DNA from: Candidatus Omnitrophota bacterium
GTDB lineage: Bacteria > Omnitrophota > Gorgyraeia > B26-G9
Assembly (NCBI GenBank): GCA_043806135.1
Contig: JAZDHG010000098.1
Coordinates: 1,660 to 65,659 of the forward strand
Direction: 5' to 3'
Length of the DNA: 64,000 nt
Shown here: positions 1 through 11,800 of the stretch, piece after piece
Numbering within the stretch: position 1 is the first letter of the stretch
Layout of the letters: each line of letters opens with the position of its first letter
Notes under the pieces: generated by a model
The model's database searches: none
What the model was told of the DNA's origin: nothing
Seen by the model: only the letters and a program-made list of their open reading frames with translations
Program-made: the position numbers and the translations under genes

Positions 1-8
1 TTACCGGA

Positions 9-1172
9 TTGATTATTTTTGACGGCCCGGCCTGGATCCTGGCATTGGGAGGAGATGGAGAGTCTCTGGAGAGAACACAAAGAACGCATGTGACGACTTT
101 GTTTGAAAAAGGACAGATTGCGGGATTATTTGATACGGAAGACTATTTAAGGCAGAGTTATGCCGATGGAAACGATTCGATTGATATCCTTGCCCAAATG
201 GATGAATACTCTAAGCGCTTTAGCAGTGAAGTATCAAAAAATTTATTCAGGCGGCATAAACAGGTATCTCTTGATCATGATATGCAGAGTGTAATCAAGA
301 AATACGGACCATGGGACTATGCGGATTTACTCAGAACTGATGAAAGGATCGAGCCAACAACTCTGCGTTATGAAAAACGGGAAGAATATTTATCCAGATA
401 TTACCTGTCGGCATTAGTTGTGGACAGTACTCAAAGCATGCGGAACAATGTGCAGACAAAGGAGATATTAAGAGAGGATATTACCTGGTCAGAGCGCGAG
501 CAATTACTGCGAAAGCTCAATTATGCTACAGAAGGGCTGTCATATGTAGTTTATCGTTCAAAAATAAAAAATTTCTCAAATATGTTTCTTGAGATGCTTC
601 GAAAAGGGGAGACGTCATCAAAGGAGCTGAGTGGTCTGTTTTTCAGCGATGATTTTTCCATAGAACTGCGGTTAGCTGCAGTACAGGCTATATACAGAAA
701 CTTCCATTTTATCAATGGCGGGGAGAAGCTAACTCGAGAAATAGGCAGTAAGCTTATGGACATGATGCAGGACAAACAAAACAACGTGTTCCTGGTTGCA
801 GAAATAGCAAAAACTGTGGGCATTATCGGCTTTGAAGATGCTATTGATTTATTGCATGATTTTCTTGAAAATCCTAAGGCTTATGGTGACTGGCCGTTCT
901 TTAATCTTTATTTTTATCCTTATGCAAAAAGAAGGATAATAGATACCGCTGAGCGGTCTTTGCGGATGCTTATTGAAAAAGTATTAGCCCGTGATGGAGC
1001 ACAAAAGGCCTGGGTAATTTTCAATAAAGTCAACGGTACGCATCCTCTGTTTAAGGATCTGGGTGATAGGATCAGTTTGAAATTGGATACGGACAGGATC
1101 AATGCGGCATTAGGTAAAACGGATTTTCCGCAAATGCACTTTGCTTTTGAGGTCATTACTCAGGCGATATAA
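9..1172 (+). CDS. hypothetical protein, probably 5'-truncated at window edge; alpha-helical HEAT/ARM-like repeats
   Basis: Long ORF open to the window start (begins at a TTG at nt 9, no upstream stop in frame). Helical repeat-like composition. No catalytic motif recognised. Confidence 0.45.
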   Translation: MIIFDGPAWILALGGDGESLERTQRTHVTTLFEKGQIAGLFDTEDYLRQSYADGNDSIDILAQMDEYSKRFSSEVSKNLFRRHKQVSLDHDMQSVIKKYGPWDYADLLRTDERIEPTTLRYEKREEYLSRYYLSALVVDSTQSMRNNVQTKEILREDITWSEREQLLRKLNYATEGLSYVVYRSKIKNFSNMFLEMLRKGETSSKELSGLFFSDDFSIELRLAAVQAIYRNFHFINGGEKLTREIGSKLMDMMQDKQNNVFLVAEIAKTVGIIGFEDAIDLLHDFLENPKAYGDWPFFNLYFYPYAKRRIIDTAERSLRMLIEKVLARDGAQKAWVIFNKVNGTHPLFKDLGDRISLKLDTDRINAALGKTDFPQMHFAFEVITQAI

Positions 1173-1301
1173 AGCATCAAGTTAAAAGTTAAAAGTAAAA
1201 AGTAGGGGAAGCAGTATTGGCTAATAGTCAATGGCCGATAGTCGGGTAAAACAAAAAGCATATCAACAGGCTAACGCGTCAACGCACTAACTCTTAAAAG
1301 C

Positions 1302-2441
1302 ATGAAAAAAATAAACAGAATAATCGCATTTGTTTTACTGCAGATATTTTTAATTTCCTGCTCTGCTGCAGGAACGCAGAGAGTATCAGCGCCTGATGAA
1401 TTCGCAATAAGAGACAGTCTTTCTCCCGCTTTAAATCTGAATTCCTCTTATTTGGTAAACGTTTTCCATTACTGGGCGTATCTTAAAAACGTGAATGACG
1501 AGAATATCCAATTTGAACTTACGCGTGGTTTATTAGACAAAACGGGAAAACAGGCCGCAGTTGATAATTCCATAACAAAAGAAAAAGGTGATCCTTCCCG
1601 TGTTTATAATCTTAAAGCGGCATTGGAAGAGCATAAAACAAGTATTTTAATTTTAGTAGAAAAAGGCATGCTGTTTGAAGCATCAGCTAAGTTTCGGATG
1701 ATGAAAGGCCGTGGAGTTGATTTGGATGAGGAACAGGTTGAGCTGCTTAGGGCGCTCAAAAAAACCGGAGATTTTGTTTTTCAGGCCAGAGAATATAAAG
1801 AAGCGCTCAGGTATTATCAGGAGATCATTGATATTGCTCCGCATGAAACAGACATTTATTTTTATATAGGAGCAGCTATGTATATGCGGGGGAATATGGA
1901 CATTGCGCAGGTTAATTTTGAAAAAGCTGTAAAAAAACAGCCGCAGATGCCTATGTTTGTTCTTGTAACCCTGATGTTTGAGGCAAAGAAGCTGGGAGAA
2001 CGCATTTTAGAGCTTACAGATAAGAATAATTTGCAGGTGAAAAAAACACCCGGTAGTTTATTCGATACCTTAAAAAAGTATGATAAATTAATAGGGCATG
2101 TAGAGTACATATTTAAAAACCGGGCTGAAGAAATAGAAACTTTTGTTCTCAATGATGTAAACGGAATGATTATTGACAGCATTTTTGCTGATTTCATCGG
2201 TTATCTGAATAGCTTTGAGAGAAGTTTGCAGGATAGAGAAATACTAGAAATGAACGATATTCTCAAAACTCCTGAGCTTTTCTGGTGGTTGGAAAAGTTG
2301 ACTAAAGGCAAGGTTGTTCCGCTTATACGACCGGTCCGGAGCGGGGAATTTTTAAAATTGGAAAAAGATTTTTTAAAAATAGCAACGATTCTTTCTTTTT
2401 CGGATAAAAAGATGCTTGAATTTGCCGGCCAAGCAATATAA
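1302..2441 (+). CDS. putative lipoprotein with TPR-like repeat
   Basis: N-terminus MKKINRIIAFVLLQIFLISCSAAG has a signal peptide and a lipobox-like LISC. Internal TPR-like segment (REYKEALRYYQEIIDIAPHETDIYFYIGAAMYMRGNMDIAQVNFEKAV). Confidence 0.55.
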   Translation: MKKINRIIAFVLLQIFLISCSAAGTQRVSAPDEFAIRDSLSPALNLNSSYLVNVFHYWAYLKNVNDENIQFELTRGLLDKTGKQAAVDNSITKEKGDPSRVYNLKAALEEHKTSILILVEKGMLFEASAKFRMMKGRGVDLDEEQVELLRALKKTGDFVFQAREYKEALRYYQEIIDIAPHETDIYFYIGAAMYMRGNMDIAQVNFEKAVKKQPQMPMFVLVTLMFEAKKLGERILELTDKNNLQVKKTPGSLFDTLKKYDKLIGHVEYIFKNRAEEIETFVLNDVNGMIIDSIFADFIGYLNSFERSLQDREILEMNDILKTPELFWWLEKLTKGKVVPLIRPVRSGEFLKLEKDFLKIATILSFSDKKMLEFAGQAI

Positions 2442-2617
2442 AATTCAGCTTTAATTTGCCAAAAATCAGTTGAATTTATGCTGTTTTTAAACGGCTTAAA
2501 GCAGGTAAAAATAGGCAAATTTTGACAATAATTTTAAATCTAGAAAAAAAAGTATTTTATGATGTTGCATCTTGTTTATTTTCAATCATTTATGATATAA
2601 AAAATTTTAAAATAATG

Positions 2618-2646
2618 TTGATATCCTTAACTTTCTATGGTATACT
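2618..2646 (+). promoter_or_regulatory. sigma70-like promoter of giant gene 1 (TTGATA-17 bp-TGgTATACT, extended -10)
   Basis: TTGATA at 2618-2623, 17-nt spacer, TATACT at 2641-2646 preceded by TGG. The same -10 context (ctatggtatactt) recurs upstream of the other giant genes. About 250 nt upstream of the likely ATG. Confidence 0.5.
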
Positions 2647-2893
2647 TAAAATGTCTTAAAGAAGTGCTAATGGCTTGTAGATGTTGTTGTAAACACAGTA
2701 AGTTAGAAAAATTAGAAAAACAATTTAATCTGAACAAATTGGATGGGTGGGTGGGGTGAAAGTGTAAAATCGCTTTCACCTGGCCCGCTTTGTATATTTA
2801 GGAACTGGACGCAAAAGTTTCACTACACCTAAAAGTGTCAATCCTAAGTAGGGGCTAAGGACGAACACTTAATATAAATAAATTCGAAATCAG

Positions 2894-5800
2894 GTGATCA
2901 AAATGTTTAACGCTGGCAAAAAATATAATCTGGCTTTCAGAATAATATCGGCGTTCATTATCCAATCGTTTCTGATTATGGATATTGCTTTTGCTGCCGG
3001 CGGCGACCTGAGATGGATAAAGAAACCTCAAGTTCCCCAATCAAACCTGGCCCCGACTTTCAACATGGAAAAGGGCGCTTTCCGTACAAGATTTGACCTA
3101 ATCGTTTCTCTGATGAACGCTTTTAAAAATAAAGATGAATTGAACTTAGAGCAAATGCGTTCTATGGGAATTAAGTATTTTACAGATTCTATTCTTCAGC
3201 TAAGAGGAGAAAATGAAGTCCTCTATATTTATGAATCCGACAGCAAGGATATCCCGGCTTTTCTTCAAAAATCAGATAATAAGGTCCGCTTTAACGGGTA
3301 TGTGATCGCTGCGGTAACACTTAGCGAACTGGAAAGAGCGGAAAAACCTGCTTTTGACATAAGTAAAGAGGAGTTTAAAAAACAGGGGCTTTTTCCCCGT
3401 CTTAGAATAAAAGTCGAAGAGTACCAGCGAAGAAAACAGTTCATAGATACTTCTGGTCATTATAAGCTTGCTGCTTCTCTTTTAAATGAAGCAATTGATC
3501 TCCCGGAAATGGTCGAAGAACTGCTTTCCAACACCGGAAACCTTAAAAAACTTTATGCTGTTCTTGGTAAAGCCAAAAAGAAATATAATCTGGAAAAAGA
3601 AATTAACTCAAGCCAGCGGCTTTTCATAATAAATGCTTTGCGTGATTTTGATTTTATGCCAAAGGAAACTATCGATGAGCTGAAATGGCGTGCTGAGCAG
3701 GAAGGAATTAATGTAAAGCAACTTGAGCGTCTGAGTCTTGCCAAACTCCGTGTTGAAGGGGCAGCTCAGGCAATTAAAACACAAAGGCCGATCAATGTAT
3801 TTGAGGCTATCAAAGATATTACTTCGCTTGAAAAAGAAATGCTTGATCTTACGGACGAACAGCTTAAAGGGAAAACCGCAGAGTTAAGAGACAGGCTTTA
3901 TGGAAAAGGAAACTTTTCCGGCAAACAGGAAAATTGGGAAGATGTTTTGCCTGAAGCGGCGGCGGTTTTCCGCGAGGCGCTAAGGAGAAAACATCCTGAT
4001 CATCCGCTGCTTTATGATGTTCAGATGATCGCGGGTATTGTCGTTTCTTTCGGCGGCAAGCTCTTACAGCAGTCAACAGGTGAAGGTAAAACATTTACCA
4101 CTGCACTTGGCGCATACTTGCTTTCACTGCGTGATGAAATAAAAACAGGCGTGCATTGCGCAACTGTAAACAACTATTTGGCGCAAAGAGATGCTGAAGA
4201 GGTGGGCAACGTTTTTCAAGCACTGGGCATGAGCGTTAGTGCCTTAGGGGAAGATCATAAAGGTATAAAAATTGTAAACGGCCGCGCAGAAGACACCGAT
4301 CGCAGGAGTGCTTATGAAAGCGACATTGTTTACGGCACAGCTCATGGCTACGGATTTGATTATCTGCAGGATCATCTCAGTACAAGAGTCGGGACAAAGG
4401 TTCAGAAAGGGTTTTTCGCTTCTGTAATTGATGAAGCTGATGAGATCCTGGTTGAAGAAGCTAATACGCCGTTGGTTATGTCCGGCGCTGCTGAAGAAAT
4501 GCCGGAAAAAGAAAGAAATATAAATTACCAGATAGACAATCTCATCAGAAGCTTAATGACCCGTAATGAAAATCAGAAGTATTTCAAGATAAAGCTGGAT
4601 GGAGGAGACAGCCGCAGCGTTACATTTACTGAAGCGGGTTATGATTATATTTACGGCATACTTTCCGGCATGAGTGAAGAGGAATTAAACGACCCGAACC
4701 GGTCTTTTAATGAAGAGCTCGATAGTGAATGGGCATATTTGCGCGCCATTGCGGATAATGCCTTAAAAGTACATCACCTTTATGTTAAAGACACTAAGAG
4801 CGATGAGGCTATTGCAATCGAAGAAGGTAAAATTCGTTACGCGGTTGCAAACGGAGAAGTGTTAACTGTTGCCACAGGCCGAACCCAGGAAGGCCGGCGC
4901 TTTAAAGACGGAATTCACCAGGCATTAGAAGCAAAAGAGCATAATGAAGAAGTACTGGCAGGAATAACTCCGACCATTGAGGTAAGACAAGACCCGGAAA
5001 CAGTTGCCAGTATTTCATTACAGAGTTTTTTTAAAAATTATCTCATCCTTTCCGGGTTAACCGGAACTACCCAGGGTATTGAACAAGAAGTAGCGGAGAC
5101 TTACGATCTTGATACCTTGAATATTCCTACGAATAAGCCGAGCATTCGCCAAGATCTGCCGGATGTCATTTTCAAAACAAAAGAGCAGAAAGATGCGGCA
5201 GTAGCTGCGGATGTCATTAACGAGCATGAAAATGCTACCCCTGTTCTTATTGGAACCGGCGGTGTAAATGAATCTGCGGAAATGGCTCTAAAAATTCAAC
5301 AGGCATTTCCGCGGGCAGTGGGAACAGAAATCATTGATTCAAAAGAGGCTTTGATCAGCCTGGCAGCCAGGATTTTAAACCGCGAAGTTAATGAAAATAA
5401 TCTTTTTAAAGCACTGGAAGAGATCAAAACAAAGGGTGATTTCGGCAAAGAAACTCCCATATTTGTTTTAAATGATACCACTAAGCACCTCGAAAAAGAA
5501 ATAGTGCTGCTGTCCGGATTAAAGGGGTCGATAACTGTGGCTACGGATATGGCCGGCCGCGGTACAGATTTTAAACTGGTTGATTTTGCCAGGATGGTGC
5601 AGGGTTTGTATGTAATAGGTACTGAATATCCGGAAAGCCTGCGTACGGAATACCAGCTGCGCGGCCGAAGCGCCCGGCAGGGACAGCCGGGAAGAACGCG
5701 TTTTTATATAAGCCTTGAAGACAAACTTTTCACCGGTCTTGGCGCAGATATTCCTAAGAAGCTTGCAGATGCAATTAAAAATTCCGGGTCTGAGATATCC

Positions 5801-8800
5801 GGAAAGATAAAGTTGAGCATTACTGTCTTGCGCGGAAAACGCCTGAGTAATGCTTTTAAACAAAGACAGGAATTAAGTAAGGATGACGCGACCCTTAATG
5901 TTTATAGAAAGGTTATTTATAATTTGGTTGATAACCTTATCGATGAGGAACAACCTGTAGACATAGCATCAATTTTATTTTCTTTATATGGAGATAAGAT
6001 CAGCGCGCAGACCTTAGAGATGCAGAAGTCAGCGCTTCTTGAAAAGATGAGCGAGGACGATGTTAAAGCGATCATTGTTGATCTGCTTACCACGCACTGG
6101 ACATATTTTATTAACGGCCTTGAAACAATAAGTAAAACCCGCGGTTTATCAGATCAGCTTTCCGGAAAAGATGAAAAAGTCAACCGCGCTTTATATGAGA
6201 AGAAAACATCTGAGATATTCGATGAGATGCTATCAGACCTGAAGGAAAATGTATTTGCGGCATTGTTGATGCCGTTCATGTCGGAAAACGACAGGGCTGC
6301 TCTTAACAGCGAAGCAGAAGAGACTATAGCACTTGAAAAAGAAGGAGCAAGTATTTTTGATAAACTTGATCCTGAGGAGATAGCGCAAAGGATCAAAAAA
6401 GGGCTGAACATCACAGTAAAAGAAAAGGTGCCGAGTATTGCCGAGCGGTTCAGTAAATGGGTTTTTGGTGAGGAACGCGGAACTACAGCCTTATTAAGTT
6501 CTGTGCTTGCCAAAGGATTTTATGCGTTTATTACAATAGCAGGAATTTTTGGCGGGGTAATTACTCCTGCTAAAACTGAAGCTTCGATTATACCTTCTGA
6601 TGAAGGGTTAACTGTAAAAGTACAGGAAACAAAAGCAGAATTTTCCTTGAATGATAAGAGAAAAACACAGATACTGGCGGAAATTTCTTTTGCGAAGATA
6701 GCTCAGCTTGTCGACTTAAAACTTCGGTCTTCTGAGTTTCAGGAAAAATATACCGGCCGTCCAAAAGAGCAGTTACAAAGCCTGGCTTACGATGAAGTTA
6801 TCCGCGATATTATCAAAAAGTCAGAACTTGGCCAGGATGTGCTGGCTTCATTAAATGATATAAAGGAAGTTGAGCTTGAATCTATTCCTGTTGTGCAGAG
6901 AGCACAATCAGATGTTTTATCCGGTATTGTGGCTGATACGACGTTACAACAGGTTGTAAAAAAATTCCGTATTCCGGTAAAGACACCCTACCGAACAAAT
7001 CTAATGAGCGAGTTCGAAGCAATCCGTGACCAAGGACGGCGAATACATCAAGGTTTTGATTTCCTTGTACAGGCAGGTACGGATATCTATCCGGCAATGC
7101 CGGGAAAAGTAATTTTTTCAGGAGCACTTAACGGTTACGGGAACATGGTGCTGTTGGAGCATGAAGTTGCGGACAGCACAACAGGACTAGTAAATTATTT
7201 TTACACTCTATACGGGCATAATGAGTCGAATCTGGTTAAGGCCGGGGACTATATCGGAGTTGATACTGTGATCGCTAAAGCAGGAGTTACAGGCAACGCG
7301 TCATCAGCTACCGGCGGCTGCCTGCATTTTGAAATCAAACAAACCACGCAAAAAGTCACCAACTATGCTAAATACCTGAATTTGGCAGCTCTTGATCCAG
7401 AGGTTGTGTTAGGGAAAAATTTATATTTGCCTGCCGATATTAACAAACGCGAGCCGATTCTTGTTGCATCAGCAGATCCAAACATGCCTTTGTTCGCAGC
7501 GGATAGGCGGGAAAAGACAAAACAGCCAAAACCTGTTGAAGCGCGAACTCAGACAAGAAGTATTATCGGAGGCCAGATCAGGCATGAGGTAGCACCAGGG
7601 CAAACGCTTAGCATGATCGCTGAAAAATTCTTTGTTAACGGTACTTCCGGGGAAAAAATCAGAGAATTTTATAATAAACAGCATCCGGAAGCTCCTATGA
7701 AAAATTTGATGCTCCTTACCGGAAAGACACTTGTCCTGGATATAGACGAGGAGATAGCATCTTTATTAAGGCCGGAAGATAAAGACATATCAATACAAAG
7801 ACCTGATTCGGAGTTTTCTAATATAACAGAAAATATTCGAATAAGAGAGCAGGGAATAGAGGGGATAGTCAACTTGCCAGTGCGCCTTAAGGGTGGAAAA
7901 ACATCCTTTGAATTTGATGAACGCACGAAGTTTATGGCTTTGCGCGGTGAAAATAAAGACAAAAAAAATCCGGGAGTTGATTTTGTCTTAAAAGAAGAAA
8001 CGCCTGTATATGCTGCAGCTCCAGGAGAGGTTTTCTTTGTAGGTAAAGCAGAAGCATACGGCAATCTTGTTATTATTCATCATACTGTTAAGGATCAAAG
8101 GGAAAATATAAATCATTTTTACTCTCTGTATGCGCACAATAAGAGCAATAATGTAAAAGTAGGACAGTTGGTAGATGCGACAACTCAGATTTCTGTTGCC
8201 GGCAAAACAGGCAAACCGCCAATAAGTGATGCAGATGCTGTGCTTCATTTTGAAATCAGGCGCGGGATAGAAAAACTTGAAAATCATCAGGAATATCTAC
8301 ATGATGCTTCCTACAGTGCTCTTTATCCCGGAATTGCTCTGAAAACTCAGGTGTTAAATCCTGAATTGTTTTTCAATAAGACATTTGACTCAGGCCTTAA
8401 AGCAGGAAGGCTGATTGTTCCACAAAATGAATATAAGCCTTTATCTGCTCGAAATATTGAGCAAGATAAAGTAATATCCCGTCAGGATCTTGAGTATAGA
8501 ATTGCCCAAAGTATGAGAAATAGAAATTTAAACATTATCCCTGAAGGATTGATGAACGCGATTGTATATCAGCAGCTGGCTAAGGAGTTTGGAGTTGAGT
8601 TTTATCAGCCTGAGGCGGGTCTAAAGGGTGATGATTATTTTGAAAAACTTATGAAGGCGGTTCGTGCAAAGCATGGAGAAGATGTTCTTATTGTTGAAGG
8701 GCATTTTAATTCAGTACCAGAAATGATGTTCTTTTTTAAAGAAAACGGGATTCAATATATCTCTAAAGTTAAGCACGGTGAAGTAAAACAAAAAAAACAT

Positions 8801-11800
8801 GAATACCCAGATGTATCTGCAATGATTAAAGAATATGCTGTTGTTGCTGAATTCGGGTCTGCAGAATTGTTTTGCTCCTTACAACAGGAAGATTACCAGC
8901 GATATAAAATGGAATTCAAGAAAATGCTACAGCTGTATATCGATAATCATCCTGAGTGTAAAGGGAAGAAGATTGTTTTTATCCCCGGGCATGGAGGAGC
9001 AAATTATAAGACATCCTATTATATAGGGCCACAAGGACATTCTACAGGAGCTAATATTTCCAGATCAATTGTTAAAAGTACATTAGCTGAATATGATAAA
9101 TATACGCAGGATCTGCTGACTGCGGCTTTGGAAAAGGAGCATCAATTACCAAAGGTTGTGCAAGAAATAACTAGAACTGAGTTAGCGGTTATGGATTCAA
9201 GGTTAGAGCCTGTTGCAGGACAGGAAGGTATTGTAATTAGGGATTTAGCGCCAATTCCGGTTATATCAAAAGAAAAGGTTATTACTCCTAACGAAAAAAT
9301 AATCAAGCAGCCGGTTGCGCCGAAAACTCCGGAACCTACAGCAGGTGAATTCCAAAAGAAAAAATGGGAATATACAGTTAAACACGGTGATACATTGTCT
9401 GGAATTGCAAAAAAGTTGTTAGGCAGAGCTGATCTTTGGGAAAAACTTCGGGAGGATTATAACAAACAGCATCCGCAAAGACAGATACAGATAACTACTA
9501 ATGAAAATACGGGAATTATTAATGCGCTGATATATGCTGGTGAAAAATTAACTCTTGATATTGACCGGGATATTGCCGCATTGATTACGCCCCAGGCGCG
9601 GGAAAATCTGGGCATAGTTCTCAGTGCCGGCGGCCCGCCACCGTTAGCGCCTTTACCACCGCAAGAGAAACCTGAAATTACTGCGCCCCTGGCGGTCCCT
9701 GCTTATGTTGCAGCTGATGACAAGAAACAACTTGATAAAGAAAAGGTTGCTGTTCGTGCCGCAGAATTAATGGAAAAGGCGAAAAGTAAACAAGGTGAGG
9801 AGATATACTATCCGGAAAATCCTACTCCTGAGCGCAATTATGAACGCGGCATAGCCAAGGCGATCATACAGGTCATGATCAATAATAAGGACGGGGGGCA
9901 TTTTGCGGTTGCGGAAAACCCTGCTTTACAAGGTGAACTAAAAGATCTTGGTAATCTGCATTTTTATTTTCGTGATACAGGTAAAGAAATCAATGCCCGT
10001 GATAAGAGATTGTATGAACTTATTCAAAAAGATATAGCAGACAAGACAACTAAAGCAGCAGATATTGAGATATGGATCGGCAAAAAAGGAACCCCGGGTG
10101 CAAAGCCTTATATCCCTACGATAAAAGATGATCTTACTAAAAAAGAAAAACAGCTTGTATTTGATTCCTTGCTTGATATCAGTAATGTACAGCATTTACT
10201 GCATTTTTATAAATTCCCTACTCAGCTTGAAAAAAGAGACGAATTTGGCAGAGGACAGGAATTCACAAGCCCTACTGAAATCCGTGAGCATCAGGAGAAG
10301 GGATTTCCATTTGATATCTGGATTGAAAAAAGAGATACTCAGGAAAAACTCATCAGAATTTTCGGGCCTCAGAGTAAAGATTGGCAGCAATTTGTCAAAC
10401 CACCTGACCCAACAGATAAAGACCGGACATATATACAGTTTAAACCTGACTTCCTTGATTTGGTAAATAAATCCAGTGTTGTAAATAAAAAAGAATTAAT
10501 ACGGTTGTGGGAGGATTCCGAACGTACCGGTGATTATGCCTATCGCTTGCATTTTGGGTCAGTTGCGGCGAGTAAGACTCTTGAAGGTGTAAACAGTTAT
10601 GCTCTAGCTAGAGCTCTGCAGCTTGAAGTTGCCGATAAGATATTAAGCAATTTGGATATAGAAGCGCAACAGGGATTAATAAATAGGGCTAATTCTGAAG
10701 GCATTGTTTCTTTAGGTCCTAATGTTCCTGTAAAAGGAGTTGCCGGGCAGATACCGGAAAATCCAATGATGAAGAAAAGCCCTTATATAGGAGCTATTGT
10801 CGTTCAGAGAGAAGGCAACCCGGTAAAGGTAAATACATATTTTCAAAGCGAAAACCTTAATCAGAACTATGCTGAAGAACTGAAATTACCTAGGTTGGAA
10901 AAGACAGGTTTTGATATTGTTTACTATTTTTACAAGGATTCTCAAGGTAACATACAGCATAGGCGGATGCATTTCTTATCTTATAACCGTCAGGGAAAGC
11001 TGGTGGAGGTTAATGCCCGCTCTGCTCACGATATTATAGTTCTAGAAACTGACAAAAAGGCAGAGGAAAACGGGGATTGGTCAAAAAGCGATGTTCTATG
11101 GTTTGGCAAGAACGCAACCAATAAAGAAATCCTTAATGTATCTATCGGCACCCTGATGCATCAGATCGCTGTTGAAAACGCGCATAAGACCGCTAAACAG
11201 TTAAAGCGAAGGATGGTTTTTGAAGCCGTACTTCTTCCGATCAATGTTCTCGGCGGGTACGGGGTAGGCGGTATTGTATCAAAGTTGTCACAGCCATGGG
11301 CGCAGGCAGGGATACGTTTAATATATGATATGCTTTTTACTGCCTGGGAACTGCCGACAGGCGCGAAGATGCAAGGCCCGCCCAGTAAGGATACGGTTGA
11401 GACCTTTATTTCAAGTTATTTGTTCTTTACACAAGGCCCCGGAAAAAACAGGGAACAAAAAGGGCTGGAATTTATCACGACAGAAGATAAAAGCGGAAAT
11501 TTAACTATTACTGATGAAGAGTTTCGTACTTATGTTGAAAACCAGAAAAAAGATACAAAATCACCTCTTAACCTCTGGCTTACTATGGCCATGGATGATG
11601 AGGCCAGTAAAGGGTTTGTTAAATATGTGCAAGGGCAGAGAAAATTTGCTATTGCCATGTTCAGTATCGGGATTCTGGATAACCTGGCGCGTTTAAATAC
11701 AGAAAGCTATAATACACCGGGTAATGCGTTCAAAGATATTCTTGCCAGCCGGTATTTCAGTTTAACCGGAGAAGTAAATGTGTTGGCAGTAATCGGCGCG

